DNA from: Octopus bimaculoides
Taxonomy: Eukaryota
Assembly: GCF_001194135.2 (NCBI RefSeq)
Contig: NC_068981.1
Location: 158,775,607 to 158,839,606, forward strand
Direction: 5' to 3'
DNA length: 64,000 nt
Below the pieces are notes generated by a model that saw only the letters and a program-made list of their open reading frames with translations, was not told the origin of the DNA and did not search any database. The stretch's first letter is position 1. Every line of letters begins with the position of its first letter. Shown here piece after piece: positions 24,781 through 36,605 of the stretch. The position numbers and the translations under genes were made by a program.

Positions 24781-25232
24781 TAGAAGAGAACAGTACTCTA
24801 CATATGATTTATTTCCAAGGCAGAATGAGTGTCATCAACCATCTAAGGACATAAAAACTCAGTCACACAACCAAAGTCATGGTCTTCACTGATCACTGAT
24901 GGGTGAATTCAGAATAACTGCTCCCAGTTTAAAAACACGCTCGTCATTTATGTCTGCCTTAATTGTTGTTACCTGTCCGTTTATAAAAATTTTGACTTAT
25001 TACAAGACGATACATCTGAATATTTCAAAACATATCCAATTGACTTTGTAAAACACAGATACATATAACTACATTTTCTATAACACTACAAATTATCTGA
25101 CTAACTTATGTACATTCTTACAAAAACTTATATAAACTCTGCCTTATAAATAAAGATGTTATTTGAATTTTAACTAACTTCAAACTTGTATTCACAAACC
25201 ATATGTACAGTATATATGTGTATATATATATA

Positions 25233-25706
25233 TATATGGGAGAATTTATGAAAAAAACAGACGAACACAGGTGGTGTAAAGAACAAATGGATGTATTAGT
25301 TTAACGCTCAGGAATAGAGAAAGTCTTTGACGTTTCGAGCTACGCTCTTCAACTGAAAGGAACACAGAAAGAAATAAGGAGAGAAACAAGGAGAGAAAAA
25401 ATATGATAAAAGTAATAAAGGAGGTTTACATAAGTGAAAAAGTTCAAAAGTTTTAGACGTCGTGGTATATTGCGGCGATTTCAAATCAGTAGATAGGTCC
25501 AGTGTAATCCGTGGGTAGGAGAGGTGCAGCCGGAGAGTGTACAGTTCAGAATGAATAAATCCAGAATGAAAGAAGGTAGAATCCAGAAGTTCATGTTTGA
25601 TGAATAGAGACAGGATTAGCTGGTGCGACCACGTGAGCGTGTATTATATATGGGAGAATTTACGAAAAAACAACAGACGAAGACAGGTGGTGTAAACAAC
25701 AAATGA

Positions 25707-25712
<6 letters not shown>
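25233..25712 (-). mobile_element. Penelope-like non-autonomous remnant with direct terminal repeats and a degenerate hammerhead
   Basis: tatatatgggagaattt..aaaaa..cagacgaa.acaggtggtgtaaa occurs at ~25233 and ~25647; hammerhead-like motif at 25321-25360. Confidence 0.5.
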
Positions 25713-25756
<44 letters not shown>

Positions 25757-25942
25757 TGGACTAATGGGTATATGTCAATTAGTATGTTGATGTCTTGAGT
25801 AAAGCACTAGCATGGTTTGGGCTACCTGATATCATCTGCCGTTGGGGTATATTTCCGTTGAATCTACTTCAGAAATTCTGCAGTGTTAGTTGAGTTGATT
25901 GATTAAGGAAACAGAAAATGGATTTGGTATTAGTCTTACTTC

Positions 25943-26286
25943 CATATGACGATCATTTTGACCCATCCTGTGACTGTCGTTTATGGGTGGTATGTTGTGC
26001 ATCTTGTTGTGTTGCATCAATTTTGCAGTCTGGGTAACATCAGGTACATACATACATAAAGTGGTGTCCTGCTAAAAGATACTGAGTTCAGGCAATCATT
26101 TTGGTATTTGTCTGCTTTATTAGCAGGCAAAACCAACATGTCTGCCTGAACTCAATATGTTTAGCAGGATACTGTATGTATGTGCCTAATGTGACCCAGA
26201 CTGCAAAATTGATGTAACACAATACAATACACAACATCCCACCCATAAAGGACAGTCACAGGATGGGTCAAAATGATCATCATATG
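25943..26286. repeat. 344-bp fold-back inverted repeat with a 5-nt loop
   Basis: catatgacgatcattttgacccatcctgtgactgtc.. / ..gacagtcacaggatgggtcaaaatgatcatcatatg; apex tttgtctgct-ttatt-agcaggcaaa. Confidence 0.9.
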
Positions 26287-26477
26287 AAATAAAAACTTCA
26301 TTTTTATAAACATATAAACATGTACATCTTTTAGAACATTGTCATTTTATAAGATTTTGCTGGCAAATCTTTAGATTAACATAAACATTTATTTACATGA
26401 AAGAAAATTACCAGAGAACTTTCATCTAATTCTTTCAAATCTATCTACTAAAACTGTATTGAAACCATTTGTGGGGA

Positions 26478-27090
26478 ATTTTTTTTTATCACAGCAACTG
26501 GTCACACACCACAAGGTTTAACGTAATCTACTGAAGCAAACCAGCATTCTTGCAGCATTACCATGGTCGATGGCAAGGCTAAGGCACTGGGAAAGCCAAG
26601 CGCCCTCACAGGCATCCCCTAACACCTCAGTGAGGCAAGCTTCCAACATTGACAAGAACTTCGTGGTTAGTGGCCCAGTCCCTCCGAACATCTCAAATGC
26701 CACAGGCTGGAAGAGATAGTTCACTGTCAGGTCCTGATACTTCAGAGTTTTCTTCCATTCGGCTATGGAAGCAGTGACCCTCTCATTAACTGCAGCATCC
26801 AGGATGTGGGAGGGAGCAAACAAGTCGCAGACTGTGATGTCCCAAATGAGGCACCTAGCACTAACCCAGGGACCATCCAGTCTCTTTCCATCACTTCTGG
26901 ATAACCCCAATGGCTTCAGAACTGAGGGCCTACTTAATGTTTAGGGTCAGTATTGGAATTAGAATTCAGACGAGGAGGAGGTGGGGGAAGAATAGCGCTG
27001 GAGGTAGAGGGGGTAGCTGAGTGAACAACATTAACTGTGGTGGTGGGACTCGAGAAACCATCTTCTGTTTCCTTAATCGATTATTGTATA
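26478..27090 (-). mobile_element. Internally deleted RLE-type (CRE/NeSL-like) non-LTR retrotransposon 3' end
   Basis: GLSRSDGKRLDG..WD.TV.D..A..E.KK..KY..L...F.PVAFE.FG..LSLA...GNAA (PD-(D/E)xK RLE domain); short polyA at ~26480. Confidence 0.75.
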
Positions 27091-28003
27091 TCATATATTG
27101 CGTTACTCTGCCAACAAGATGGAAAGAAGTTTAAGTTCTGTTGGCATGTAAGAATTAAAAAGGAAAAGTTACATAACATTCAGTAAATATAATTACGAAT
27201 AAATAATCCTTCTACTTTTTTGTAACTGCCTGCTACTACCAACAAAAATGTTTTGGTATTATTATTCAGGTCACAGCCTGGAATCGAACATATTATCCAC
27301 TCCAATTACGAAGAAAGGAGAGGATGAAACTAATGAACTGTCCACCGTCTGTCTACCCCATGTGAAAGGCCTCTCCGAAAAGATACAAAAGATATGCAGC
27401 CCATATGACACCAGGACAGTATTCAAGAGTAATACAACACTTTTCAAATATCTCCTTCGGGTGAAACCACCATTAGAAGAGAATATCACCAAAAATTGTG
27501 GGTACTCCATCCCATGCAGCTGTGGTAGGTTATACAAAAGCAAAACATGCGGCCCCCTCAAAATAAGGGTAGAGGAACATAGAAAAGCTGTGACATGAGG
27601 AGATATTGATAAATCGGATATAGCTGATCATGTATGGAAAAATGGAGACCACCTACCCTTGTGGGATGAAGTTAAAATAAAAGACACTGGAAAATGGGAA
27701 AACTGAAAGAAGCAGCACATATGCTAGGAGACAACAACCTCCTAAGCAGACCGTGTGCAGATATGAATAGCATATGGGAACTGGTATTAAGGAAGAATGG
27801 GAAAATATTAGATTTATAAACCCTGAAAAATTCACTCCATAATTGCCCACTGCATATGGCATAGTGCAGGCTATTAACCCCAAGATTCCGAGTTCGATTC
27901 CAGGCTGTGACTTGAAAAAAATTTTTTTTAATAATTATTATTATTATTATTACATTGAAAAATTACCTTAGGAATGAGAACCCAGGTTCGAAATTTCCCC
28001 CAA

Positions 28004-28049
28004 GACACCTGGTGAAGGTGAAAGGGTATATCAGCCGAAACATTGTGTT
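28004..28049 (+). ncRNA. Hammerhead ribozyme motif with mutated core (CTGGTGA)
   Basis: gacac-CTGGTGA-..cagcc-GAAAC-ATT-gtgtt. Confidence 0.45.
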
Positions 28050-28625
28050 AACAAACAAGATGAGGACAAATATCCGTCAAATGTAAATAATGTACATAAT
28101 TCCTCATTTCTTAAATATAGAACTGTATTATCTAATCGGTACAGAGCCGACATTAGTCTTCAATGGAGAAACACCATCAAAAACTAGCTCGTCTTTCAAA
28201 CCATCTAACTTTCCTGTGTAGATGTAGAGACTCAAAGCTAATACCACCTGTCTTGAATATAATGACACCAGTGGATTCATATAAAGCTAGAAGAGTAGCA
28301 GAAAGGGCAAGACATTACCTCGTCCGTGAGAGGATCCATTATAACCGTTGGAAAAAACATCAACTAAATAACGAAATCAAAGAGAGGTTATCTTCATTAC
28401 TTAGAAAAATACCAGAGATGATGATAGAAAGAGAATCCAAAAAGATCTAGAAAAGGCGCACATGAAAGAATTTGAAATGGTGAAGACACGCCAGATTAAG
28501 AAGATTCCAAGTTCGATTCCAGGCTGTGACCTGAATAATAATAATAATTACATAAAAAAATACCTTAGGAATGAGAACTCAGGTTCGAAATTTCCCCCAA
28601 GACACCTAATGAAGGCGGGCCCCAA

Positions 28626-28671
28626 GACACCTAATGAAGGCGGGAGGGTATATCAGCCGAAACGTTGTGTT
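28626..28671 (+). ncRNA. Hammerhead ribozyme motif with mutated core (CTAATGA)
   Basis: gacac-CTAATGA-aggcgggagggtatatcagcc-GAAAC-GTT-gtgtt; palindromic AACGTT stem III. Confidence 0.5.
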
Positions 28672-30929
28672 AACAACAAACAAGATGAGGACAATTATCC
28701 GTCAAATGTAAATAATGTAAAAAAAAACTAAGTCCACAAAATTTCTGCCTGATAATCAATCCTCGATTATATAACGTCTAGTACCGTTCATATCTTTATG
28801 TCTTTTAACTACATGGCTTCAGCTCCTAATACACACAATTTACTAAATTTATATAATTTATCGAGTAGTTATCGATATCTCGGTCACAGCCCAAATCATC
28901 CAAGCTGTGACAAGCCTCGAGTTTCACGAACGAACAATTATCTGTTGATTAATAAAAAAAAGTTTTACAACGGTTTGCTGCAGTGAACTAAGAAGATTGT
29001 TGAAATTGTGTAGTTAATTGAGATATTTTTGTACTATCACCCTCATCATTTCCTTTCATTGACCTATGGACATATCCGAACAAAAAATGGACATTGTAAC
29101 AATCCTTAGTTCAATAACTGGGATGAGAGCCGCATCACATCTGTTATCGATGAGGATAAGAGAATTGAGCTCATAACTCCCAAAGTGCCCATGTTCTTTA
29201 ATGATTCCACGGCTATATCACAGCATAATATATTCCAGTCAACGACCGCTATGCTGATATTAATTTCGAGTTTATGTTTAATAATTCCTTGCACGATGGG
29301 GACAGAGAATCTGAGTGTCACCAAAAGTAGAGGCCAAGAATTTGTCATAACTAAATGAAACTTCAAAGACGTACTTTTTGCAATACTACAGAATCTTACA
29401 ATTTCTTCTACAACGCTTGTAGTAGACTTTATAAACAGCATCTGGAATATTACACTTCATTTAACTTTGGGTCAGTTCTAACATGTTGCATTAGTAATAA
29501 TCTGTGATCAAGCTAAACAATGATTTCTGTGTTCGCCTCTGGTAGGCAATAAAGAATTAAAGCTATTCAATGATTGAATCTCCCGGACTCTTGAATTTAT
29601 AGCCTAATCAGCACCAGATGACATAAGGCGTTCAATATTGTTCCTTGTACGTAGTAAAGTAAGATGTGTGCAGGCACTGCTCATTTAAAAAAAAACGTTT
29701 TAGGTCAGTTATCCCTATCTGTTTGGAGAGAAGGAAAAGTGAAGACTGATACGTTGCTACATTTCCGTGAAGTAAAAGCGATGTTCATGAGATGGGGTAC
29801 AACTTCGAATCGAAAGCGAACATAAAGGGCCGATAGACATTTTACTTATACTCCACAGCGGTCGCCGGTTCTTCTTCATGAGACTCGAAGATGGCTTTCT
29901 TTTTACCTCTGACGAATTTTTATACGTTGCCAGACATCACATGTAACTCATACTCAGAACTAAGACAGATTTAACGGGAAACCTAACTAGATAATTGAAG
30001 ACTGTACCCAAACTGGAAATACTTCTTGTTGTATGCACTTGGGATTCAGAATGATTATGGCATGATACTTTTAAGTGGAGCTCACAATGGAAACGTTAAA
30101 CTGTAGCTGCTCACGAAACCGGTTCTCTGATTAACTAGTTTGCACTGAGAGAGTTAAGAGACTTTAACGACCAAATGACAAATTTGGATTGGAAAGTAAA
30201 AGGAATAGACAGTTATAAAATAACAAAAATAGTAATTGCAACATTTAATAATTCTACTGTACATTGGTGAAAACATTTTGGACGTTTAAACAATACTTTA
30301 ACAAACTATAAATATAAATGCTAAAAATAATTTCATCGCGACAGTAGCTACTTAGAGCCAACGAGGAAAGCCTCCGTGTGGTCGTTCGATCTGCAAGAAT
30401 TAACAGGCAAATCTTCAAATCGCAACCTACTGTCTTAAGACACATTAACTTATGTAATTTTATGAAAATGATCAAAAAATAGACAAAATAGTTAATCACA
30501 CCGCTAAACAGCAGCTCTTAATAAAGTAAAGCCAACGGGGAAACCTTGCATTGTTGCTCGACCTGCTAGAAATAGCTAAATTTCCCACACATCATATAGT
30601 GTGAAAAAGAAATGCAGACAAGATGGTTATACCTGGTAGATTTGGCTGGAGATACTGGTTACTCGGGTAGTTGACCGGGACCACGTGCTACGTTATGTTT
30701 GGGACCTAAGTACATAACATTTGACAATTTTATCGAAAGAAAATGATACAATAAAAGAGATATAGGAAGTGCTATGAAAATATTTGCAAATCTGAAGGCG
30801 AGAAAATTATAAATAAAGGTTAATCTGATTTTTATCAACTCTTTTGTTCATAGTCTTTAATTCAGTTTTAGAAAATTCGTCACAGCTACAGGAGATAAAT
30901 GGAGTTTCTTTTCCATCCATCTATCTATC

Positions 30930-32560
30930 GCTCAATGTCTGCCAGTTGTAAAGTGTGGGTCGTGCGGACTGCATAGGATGGTCGGAAAGCAGGTTCCGTT
31001 AAGGAAGGGAGCGGCCGAAACCCAAGATAAGCCAGCGATGCCTGTAACAAAAGTGTGCCGAAATCATAGGCAATAAAGTAGATATGGTCTGTCTGTTTGT
31101 CTCTTAATGAAAAGATTTGAAAGTTTAATGACAGGTTTCAACTGTTCTCTATACTAAACACCTTATTTCTACATTTGCAACTTCCCGTCTCTCTGAAAAA
31201 TTTATAGTTATCCTTTTAAGGGTTCTGAAATTCAGCTTGCCCGTTTACTGGAATGTTCTCGCCCAGAGGTCTGCTCGCGGGATGACTTGGGCAAAATACT
31301 TTCTCATCGGTTCATGTTAAGATCGTAAATCAGTCACTATAAAACTTATCTGACCAGTTCCTCTGTACCTCCTCTATTTTCTCCTCTACTTCCTTTCGTT
31401 TTTGGTTCTCTGTCGGAAAGCGCACCTGCTCTTTTCTCTTTCACTTTTTTTTACAACATTAAACGTCTCCTCTTTATTTTTCTTTATTTCCGACCCCTCT
31501 TTTTCGGCGGGCTGCTCTTCGCGTTGTTGTTCCTCTACTTCACTTTCTTGCTGAGGGCACTTTGCTTTCATATATCCATTTTGTTTACACAGAAAACATG
31601 TTGGAAGTCTTCCCTCCACCACCACTCTTAGCGTAATGTCTTCTGGTAGAAGAATCACTTCTACAATTCCATGTAGGTCTTTTAACCCAACTTGAATTAT
31701 TATTTCTAGGCCGGAGCCCCACTAATTAACTTCCTTCGTTCTGGTTATCTTCAGAATCCTTACATCTTCCTCCATTCCATGCATGACTACTGCCACCAGC
31801 CATCCCTCTTAGATCTCGGGGAGGGGGGGGGGCACTCTGCCCACTCTCACTCTGGCAACACGTTTGCCACAGTACATCGGCAGCAGCACCCACTCTTGTG
31901 TCCTTATTGGCGCAGTGGAGTGGTTAATAGCGTCCTCGTCACTGGAGAAACTAACCTCCACTGCTGTATTTTCTTCCACGTGAATAGTAGGTGATTAATC
32001 CTCTCATTTCACCAAGACATTCTTCTATTGCCTCTGTTGGAGCAATCTCTATTTTATTGGTAGCGGTTGATAACGTCCTGTACACAACCGTCTTCCTTGC
32101 TACATTCTTCGTCACTTCTTCTGGTGGGGTCAGCTTTAAACTGGCCCCTTCCTTTTGTAACAATGTTTCCTTTTTTCCATTCCTTTCTCTCTATTTTTAT
32201 CTCGAGAACTTCAAGGGTGTTGGTTATAATACTTTGTGTAGTTGCGAATGCATAACTTGCGACACGTTCCATTTTTCCTCTTTTCACCACTTCACCCATA
32301 ATGGGGAAGAAACAACTTCCAAAAACAGGCAGAACGCAGCAACCAAAATTCAACAATTTAACAATTCAACAATTTAAACAATTCAACGAATCTTGGTTCT
32401 CCCGCGTGGGGAGACCTACCACAAACATATAATAACAGTGTGTAACAATAACAATGTGTAACAATTCGAATTCGCGTCAAAGAAACTACTACCAACACCC
32501 GAGAAATAGAGGGGTTTTGGAAAGACAGGCAACAAATTCTAAATACATATGACTCAGCTC
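30930..32560 (-). mobile_element. Degenerate non-LTR ORF1 (gag-like, zinc knuckle) element with no visible ORF2
   Basis: Frameshifted ORF from ~32299 (MGEVVKRGK..) to RVVVEGRLPTCFLCKQNGYMKAKCP (CCHC-like, H>Y) and an E/K-rich tail; boundaries approximate. Confidence 0.6.
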
Positions 32561-32695
32561 CAGTCTTCACTGTAGGTAATGTACACAGAGATTCTAAACC
32601 AAATATCCTAAATTAATAATACTACCAGTCGAATACAGGGCTTGTAATCAGCTATAGCCCACCACAAAATAAACTGTTTGGCCTTGTTCCAAAAA

Positions 32696-35046
32696 CACCG
32701 GTCAACACACACACACACACAAAAATTGTCCTCTGCTTGGGTATATTTTAGGTGAAATATATCATATCGAGCATGCTGATTCTGAAAATCACAACCATTT
32801 TTATCCATCACGTCTACTTTACTTGCTTTTGAGATTAGCATTTTTGGCCATTTTTATAAAAATCGGCTAGTTTTTACTATTTTATGACTATTGTTTGGAC
32901 AATGTTGATATTACAAATTAATGCAAAGTGTATTTCAAATGGTATCCAACATTATTCAAAATCGATAGATAGGCAGATGAAAAGATACTTGAAGGATTGA
33001 GGATCTGTTCCAGGTCAGAGTGCCCTCATCATCGGGTAATACGGGCTGGGGTAGGGCTACCCTTGCAATTTCCCTATAGATCAAGGTCTAGGACATGTTT
33101 AATGTTCATGACAGAAACACAAATATAAGACATTATTTAAGAAAAAATATTAGAAAACTCAGTATAAGAAAATCACATTTGTCAGAAAATATCGTTTTAG
33201 TAAAGAACTTCAAATCATCACAAGTCATTCCAGCAAGGAACTTGACAGCCAAGGAGTAAATTTCCGTTTTCGGAATTGGCGTGAACGATCGGTCTCTGGG
33301 CTGTCCATTTTAATACTTCAACAGTAGTCCGCCATCATTCTAATATCCCAACGTCCTTGGTGTCTTTCTTCCATCACTCTGATGTCCTGATGAAAACGCT
33401 CTCCTTGTTCATCACTAACATCACCACAGTTTTCAGGAAACCTGTCCAAATGACAGTGAAAGAAGTGTACTTTAATACTCATGTTAGCTCTGAGAGCATG
33501 ATAGCATGTCAGCATATGTTCAACAAGATGCTTATAGTCCGCTGACTTCTTACTCCCCCCCAAAGTTTTTAATGTCAGCTACAAATGCATTCCACGCGTT
33601 CGATTCTATGACAGTCATACTGCTTACAAAGTTCTCACCCTGAATAAGTTTTCGTATATCAGGTCCATCAAAAACACCTGCTTTCAGCTTCTCGATGCTG
33701 AGACCAGGAAATACTTCACAAATATACTTGAAGCAACGACCTTCCTTGTCTTGAGCTTTCACAAATTGTTTCATTGAACCCAGTTTTATGTGGAAAGGTG
33801 GGAAAACTATTTTCTCTCTTGACACAAGTGGAGGATTTATGACGTTTTTCTCTCCGACTATCAATTCTCCCCGAACAGGCCAAACTTTTTTCACTCAGTG
33901 CTGTTCTTTGGCATAAAAAAGCATAAAAAACATGGGTATTTTGTGTAGCCAGACTGTTGTCCAAGTAAAATATTTACCATTTTTAAATCGGCGCAAATGA
34001 TCCAGTTATGACTAGAGTAGTTAATACCTCCCATCACCTGTTTTATCGGCTCGTACTTTTCTTTCAGTGTAGTGGAGTGTCCAATCGGTATGGAAGTATA
34101 TACGTTAGTGTTGTGTAGCAGTACGCACTTCAAACTGCGTTTTGAACTATCGATGAATAACCATCATGAACAAGCATCATATTCATCAACACCCAATCCA
34201 AGAAGTAACTGTTCAGTTTCTTTACAAAACATAAGATCGTCGTTTTGTTCAAATAATGGGGTAAACTCAGCATCTCGGTTGCGGTAGAAAGTGATATTTG
34301 GTTTAGCTGCTAACAATTTTTTCTCGCGAAGGCGTGATGCTAACAACTCTGCTAACTCTTTTGATAAATTCATGTCTCGAATTGAGTCACTCAGTTCATC
34401 TTGATTGAACAATTTTGGTTCATTTACTGATTCAAAACAGTTAAAATCACTGTCAGCTTGACTGGCATTATCAAAGTCAGGGTTAGAATCGCTTTCATCT
34501 CTTCGTACTCTGGTTGTTGGGCAAGTCGTGTGACTACAGCGAGAACTGGAATATCAGCAAATCCCTTGAAAACTGGAGCTGGAAAATCTTCAAAATGTGG
34601 TACGGGCCGAATGACAGAGGCAATGGAGGGGTAGGATATTTTTTTCCTCTTCTTCCTGTTGAATCCAATCAAACTAACCATTGCAAAAGTAGCAGTCATC
34701 ATGATGATTCTTCGGTTCACGCCATATCATCAGAATCCCAGATTTAAGGGAGGTTTGAGTACCTTTTGTCCACAGGCGTATACTCTCCTTGCATGACAGT
34801 AATGTTTATAGTGCTTGTTTCAATGCCAATTTGCATTGTCATAGCTTGAAGAACTAAAAATAGTATTTAGATATATCAAGACACAATAGCATTTTGGGTC
34901 AAAATTTGTGATGTTTTTTGTTGTTTTTTTTTATGCAGCTCAAACCTGACGTGATGAGAGAAAATGGAAGTAATTTTTGGATTCAGCATCCCAAAATTAG
35001 CAAAGAAAGGTTTCTTGTCCCAGCAGAAAAACTGTGTTGACCAGTG
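32696..35046 (-). mobile_element. Near full-length decayed Chapaev3-type (CMC) DNA transposon
   Basis: Ends CACCGGTCAACAC / GTGTTGACCAGTG, flanked by aaa/taa. Pseudo-transposase motifs: WREPKNHHDDCYFC, LFIDSSKRSLKCVLLHN, LLGQQSGYTKYPCFLC, HIKLG.MKQFVKA, KLKAGVFDGPDIR, HLDRFPENCGDVSDEQGERFHQDI..MADYC. Confidence 0.88.
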
Positions 35047-36394
35047 TAATAGACATCACTATTACAGAGTTGAACTGCAATCACCTTTGTTCTTGAGAGT
35101 AATCTTAGCAATTAATTAAGCTGGATTTTATCCATAAATGGCCCGGCACAATGTATTTTTTTTATTACCCACAATGGCCCGGCACAATCTTAACAGTTAC
35201 ATGGTCATTTTATCCTTTAAGGTAGGGTAAACTTAAAAGTGATCCAAGACGATTTAGTTCTGGTTGTAGAGAATGTGCTATTTTTAAGTCTAAGGAATAG
35301 TGATAGGTAGACATTTTTAAGTCGAATATTTCCTATATTTGCAGAGCCAAAAATATATCCCTGTCCCTGTTTTCCAAGATCATATAGATAATAACGAATG
35401 CTAGTGTGTTGGGCAAATACCTTGCGTTATTTCTACCAACTCTTTATACCTGAGTTCAAACCCCGCCGAAGTTGACTTTGCTTTTGAGGTCAATAGAAAT
35501 AAAGTATCAATCAAGTACTGAGGTCGATTCCCCTTTTCTTTTTTTATTTTCCATTCATTCGGTTGATATCCGACTAGTTATTGCCATTGAAATTAGGGTG
35601 GCAGCCAGTACAAGCCCAGGTAAAAGAAAGAGGCTGAGCTAGGGGCCTGCCACTACCAATAAAAACTAGCATGTTACAGGAACATCCTAGTAAACCAAAG
35701 AAAACCTTTGTAGCCCAGAAGCAGTTGGTGGGCGTGGACAAAATGAGGAAGTCCCTAAGATTTGATACTATTTTCTTTTCGTCCAATATTCTTTTAGAAG
35801 ACACCCTCGACGCACTTTAAATAATTTTAAAATTTGTAGGGTCACATTTGGATTAGAATTTAATAAGCGTCCCACGTAGTGGATTGTCGATTAAGATTTA
35901 AAACTTATTCCATGCCTAAACTATTAACTCTTTAAGTTAGTATGCATCAAATAGTCTCTTTGCAGTCGTCAAGGTTTGCCAGAAACTCTCTTTGTATATA
36001 AGAGTTTTTCTTTCTTTCTGAATAACAATATCAAAAGAGTGAAGGTAACACGACATTCGAACCGAGTTTTCTAGTTTTGTTCTTTTTACATTTCAAGTAA
36101 TTTATTGTAATCTTAAAGTACACGTGATAATATTCAGGAGTGTGATAAGTTAGCAGAAATAGACCTGCAAATTAAATACCTTATACTTCTGTCTCTTTAG
36201 ATTATGAATTCGTACTTCGAGAAGTCGAGTTTGTTTCCGAATACCTATGGGATGGATAGACTAAGCACCAGCACTAGACTGCAGCCAACCCCCACAAAAT
36301 ATTGGTATAATGCTGCTCTAGGAATGACAGTATCTTAAAGATGAAATACATTATTTACTATTCAGAATTATGCCTTTCCAATTTCACTTTGAGT

Positions 36395-36508
36395 ATAGAA
36401 AGTTTTGTGTGCGTGTGTGCGAGCGAGCGAGCGAGCGGACTAATTAAAGCAGCTTGGATATTATTTGCGAGTCGACAATTTAATAAGTTCACCGAAAAAA
36501 TTTAAAAA
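36395..36508 (+). promoter_or_regulatory. Likely PIGC proximal promoter/5'UTR with (GT)n-(GCGA)n tract
   Basis: CpG-rich gtgtgcgtgtgtgc-gagcgagcgagcgagcg ~70-100 bp upstream of the ATG. Confidence 0.35.
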
Positions 36509-36605
36509 ATGACGCGATCTAAATGGCAAAAGATTTTGTACGAGGATCAGGGAGTTAGTGATAATTATGTTGATGAGACATTTTTGGATGAACTCAGAAA
36601 AAATC
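36509..36605 (+). CDS. PIGC: PIGC coding exon 1
   Basis: [32 protein letters not shown]; donor c|gtatgt. Confidence 0.93.

Larger units (their letters stand above)
27248..28730 (+). mobile_element. Partial-tandem Penelope-like element: inverted repeat stub, GIY-YIG C-terminus, terminal repeat, ORF N-terminus, terminal repeat
   Basis: LPHVKGLSEKIQK..YSIPCSCGRLYK..LKIRVEEHRKA..IADHVW (GIY-YIG); ARLSNHLTFLCRCRDSKLIP..LVRERI (PLE N-terminus); repeats at 27860-28127 and 28501-28728. Confidence 0.85.
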
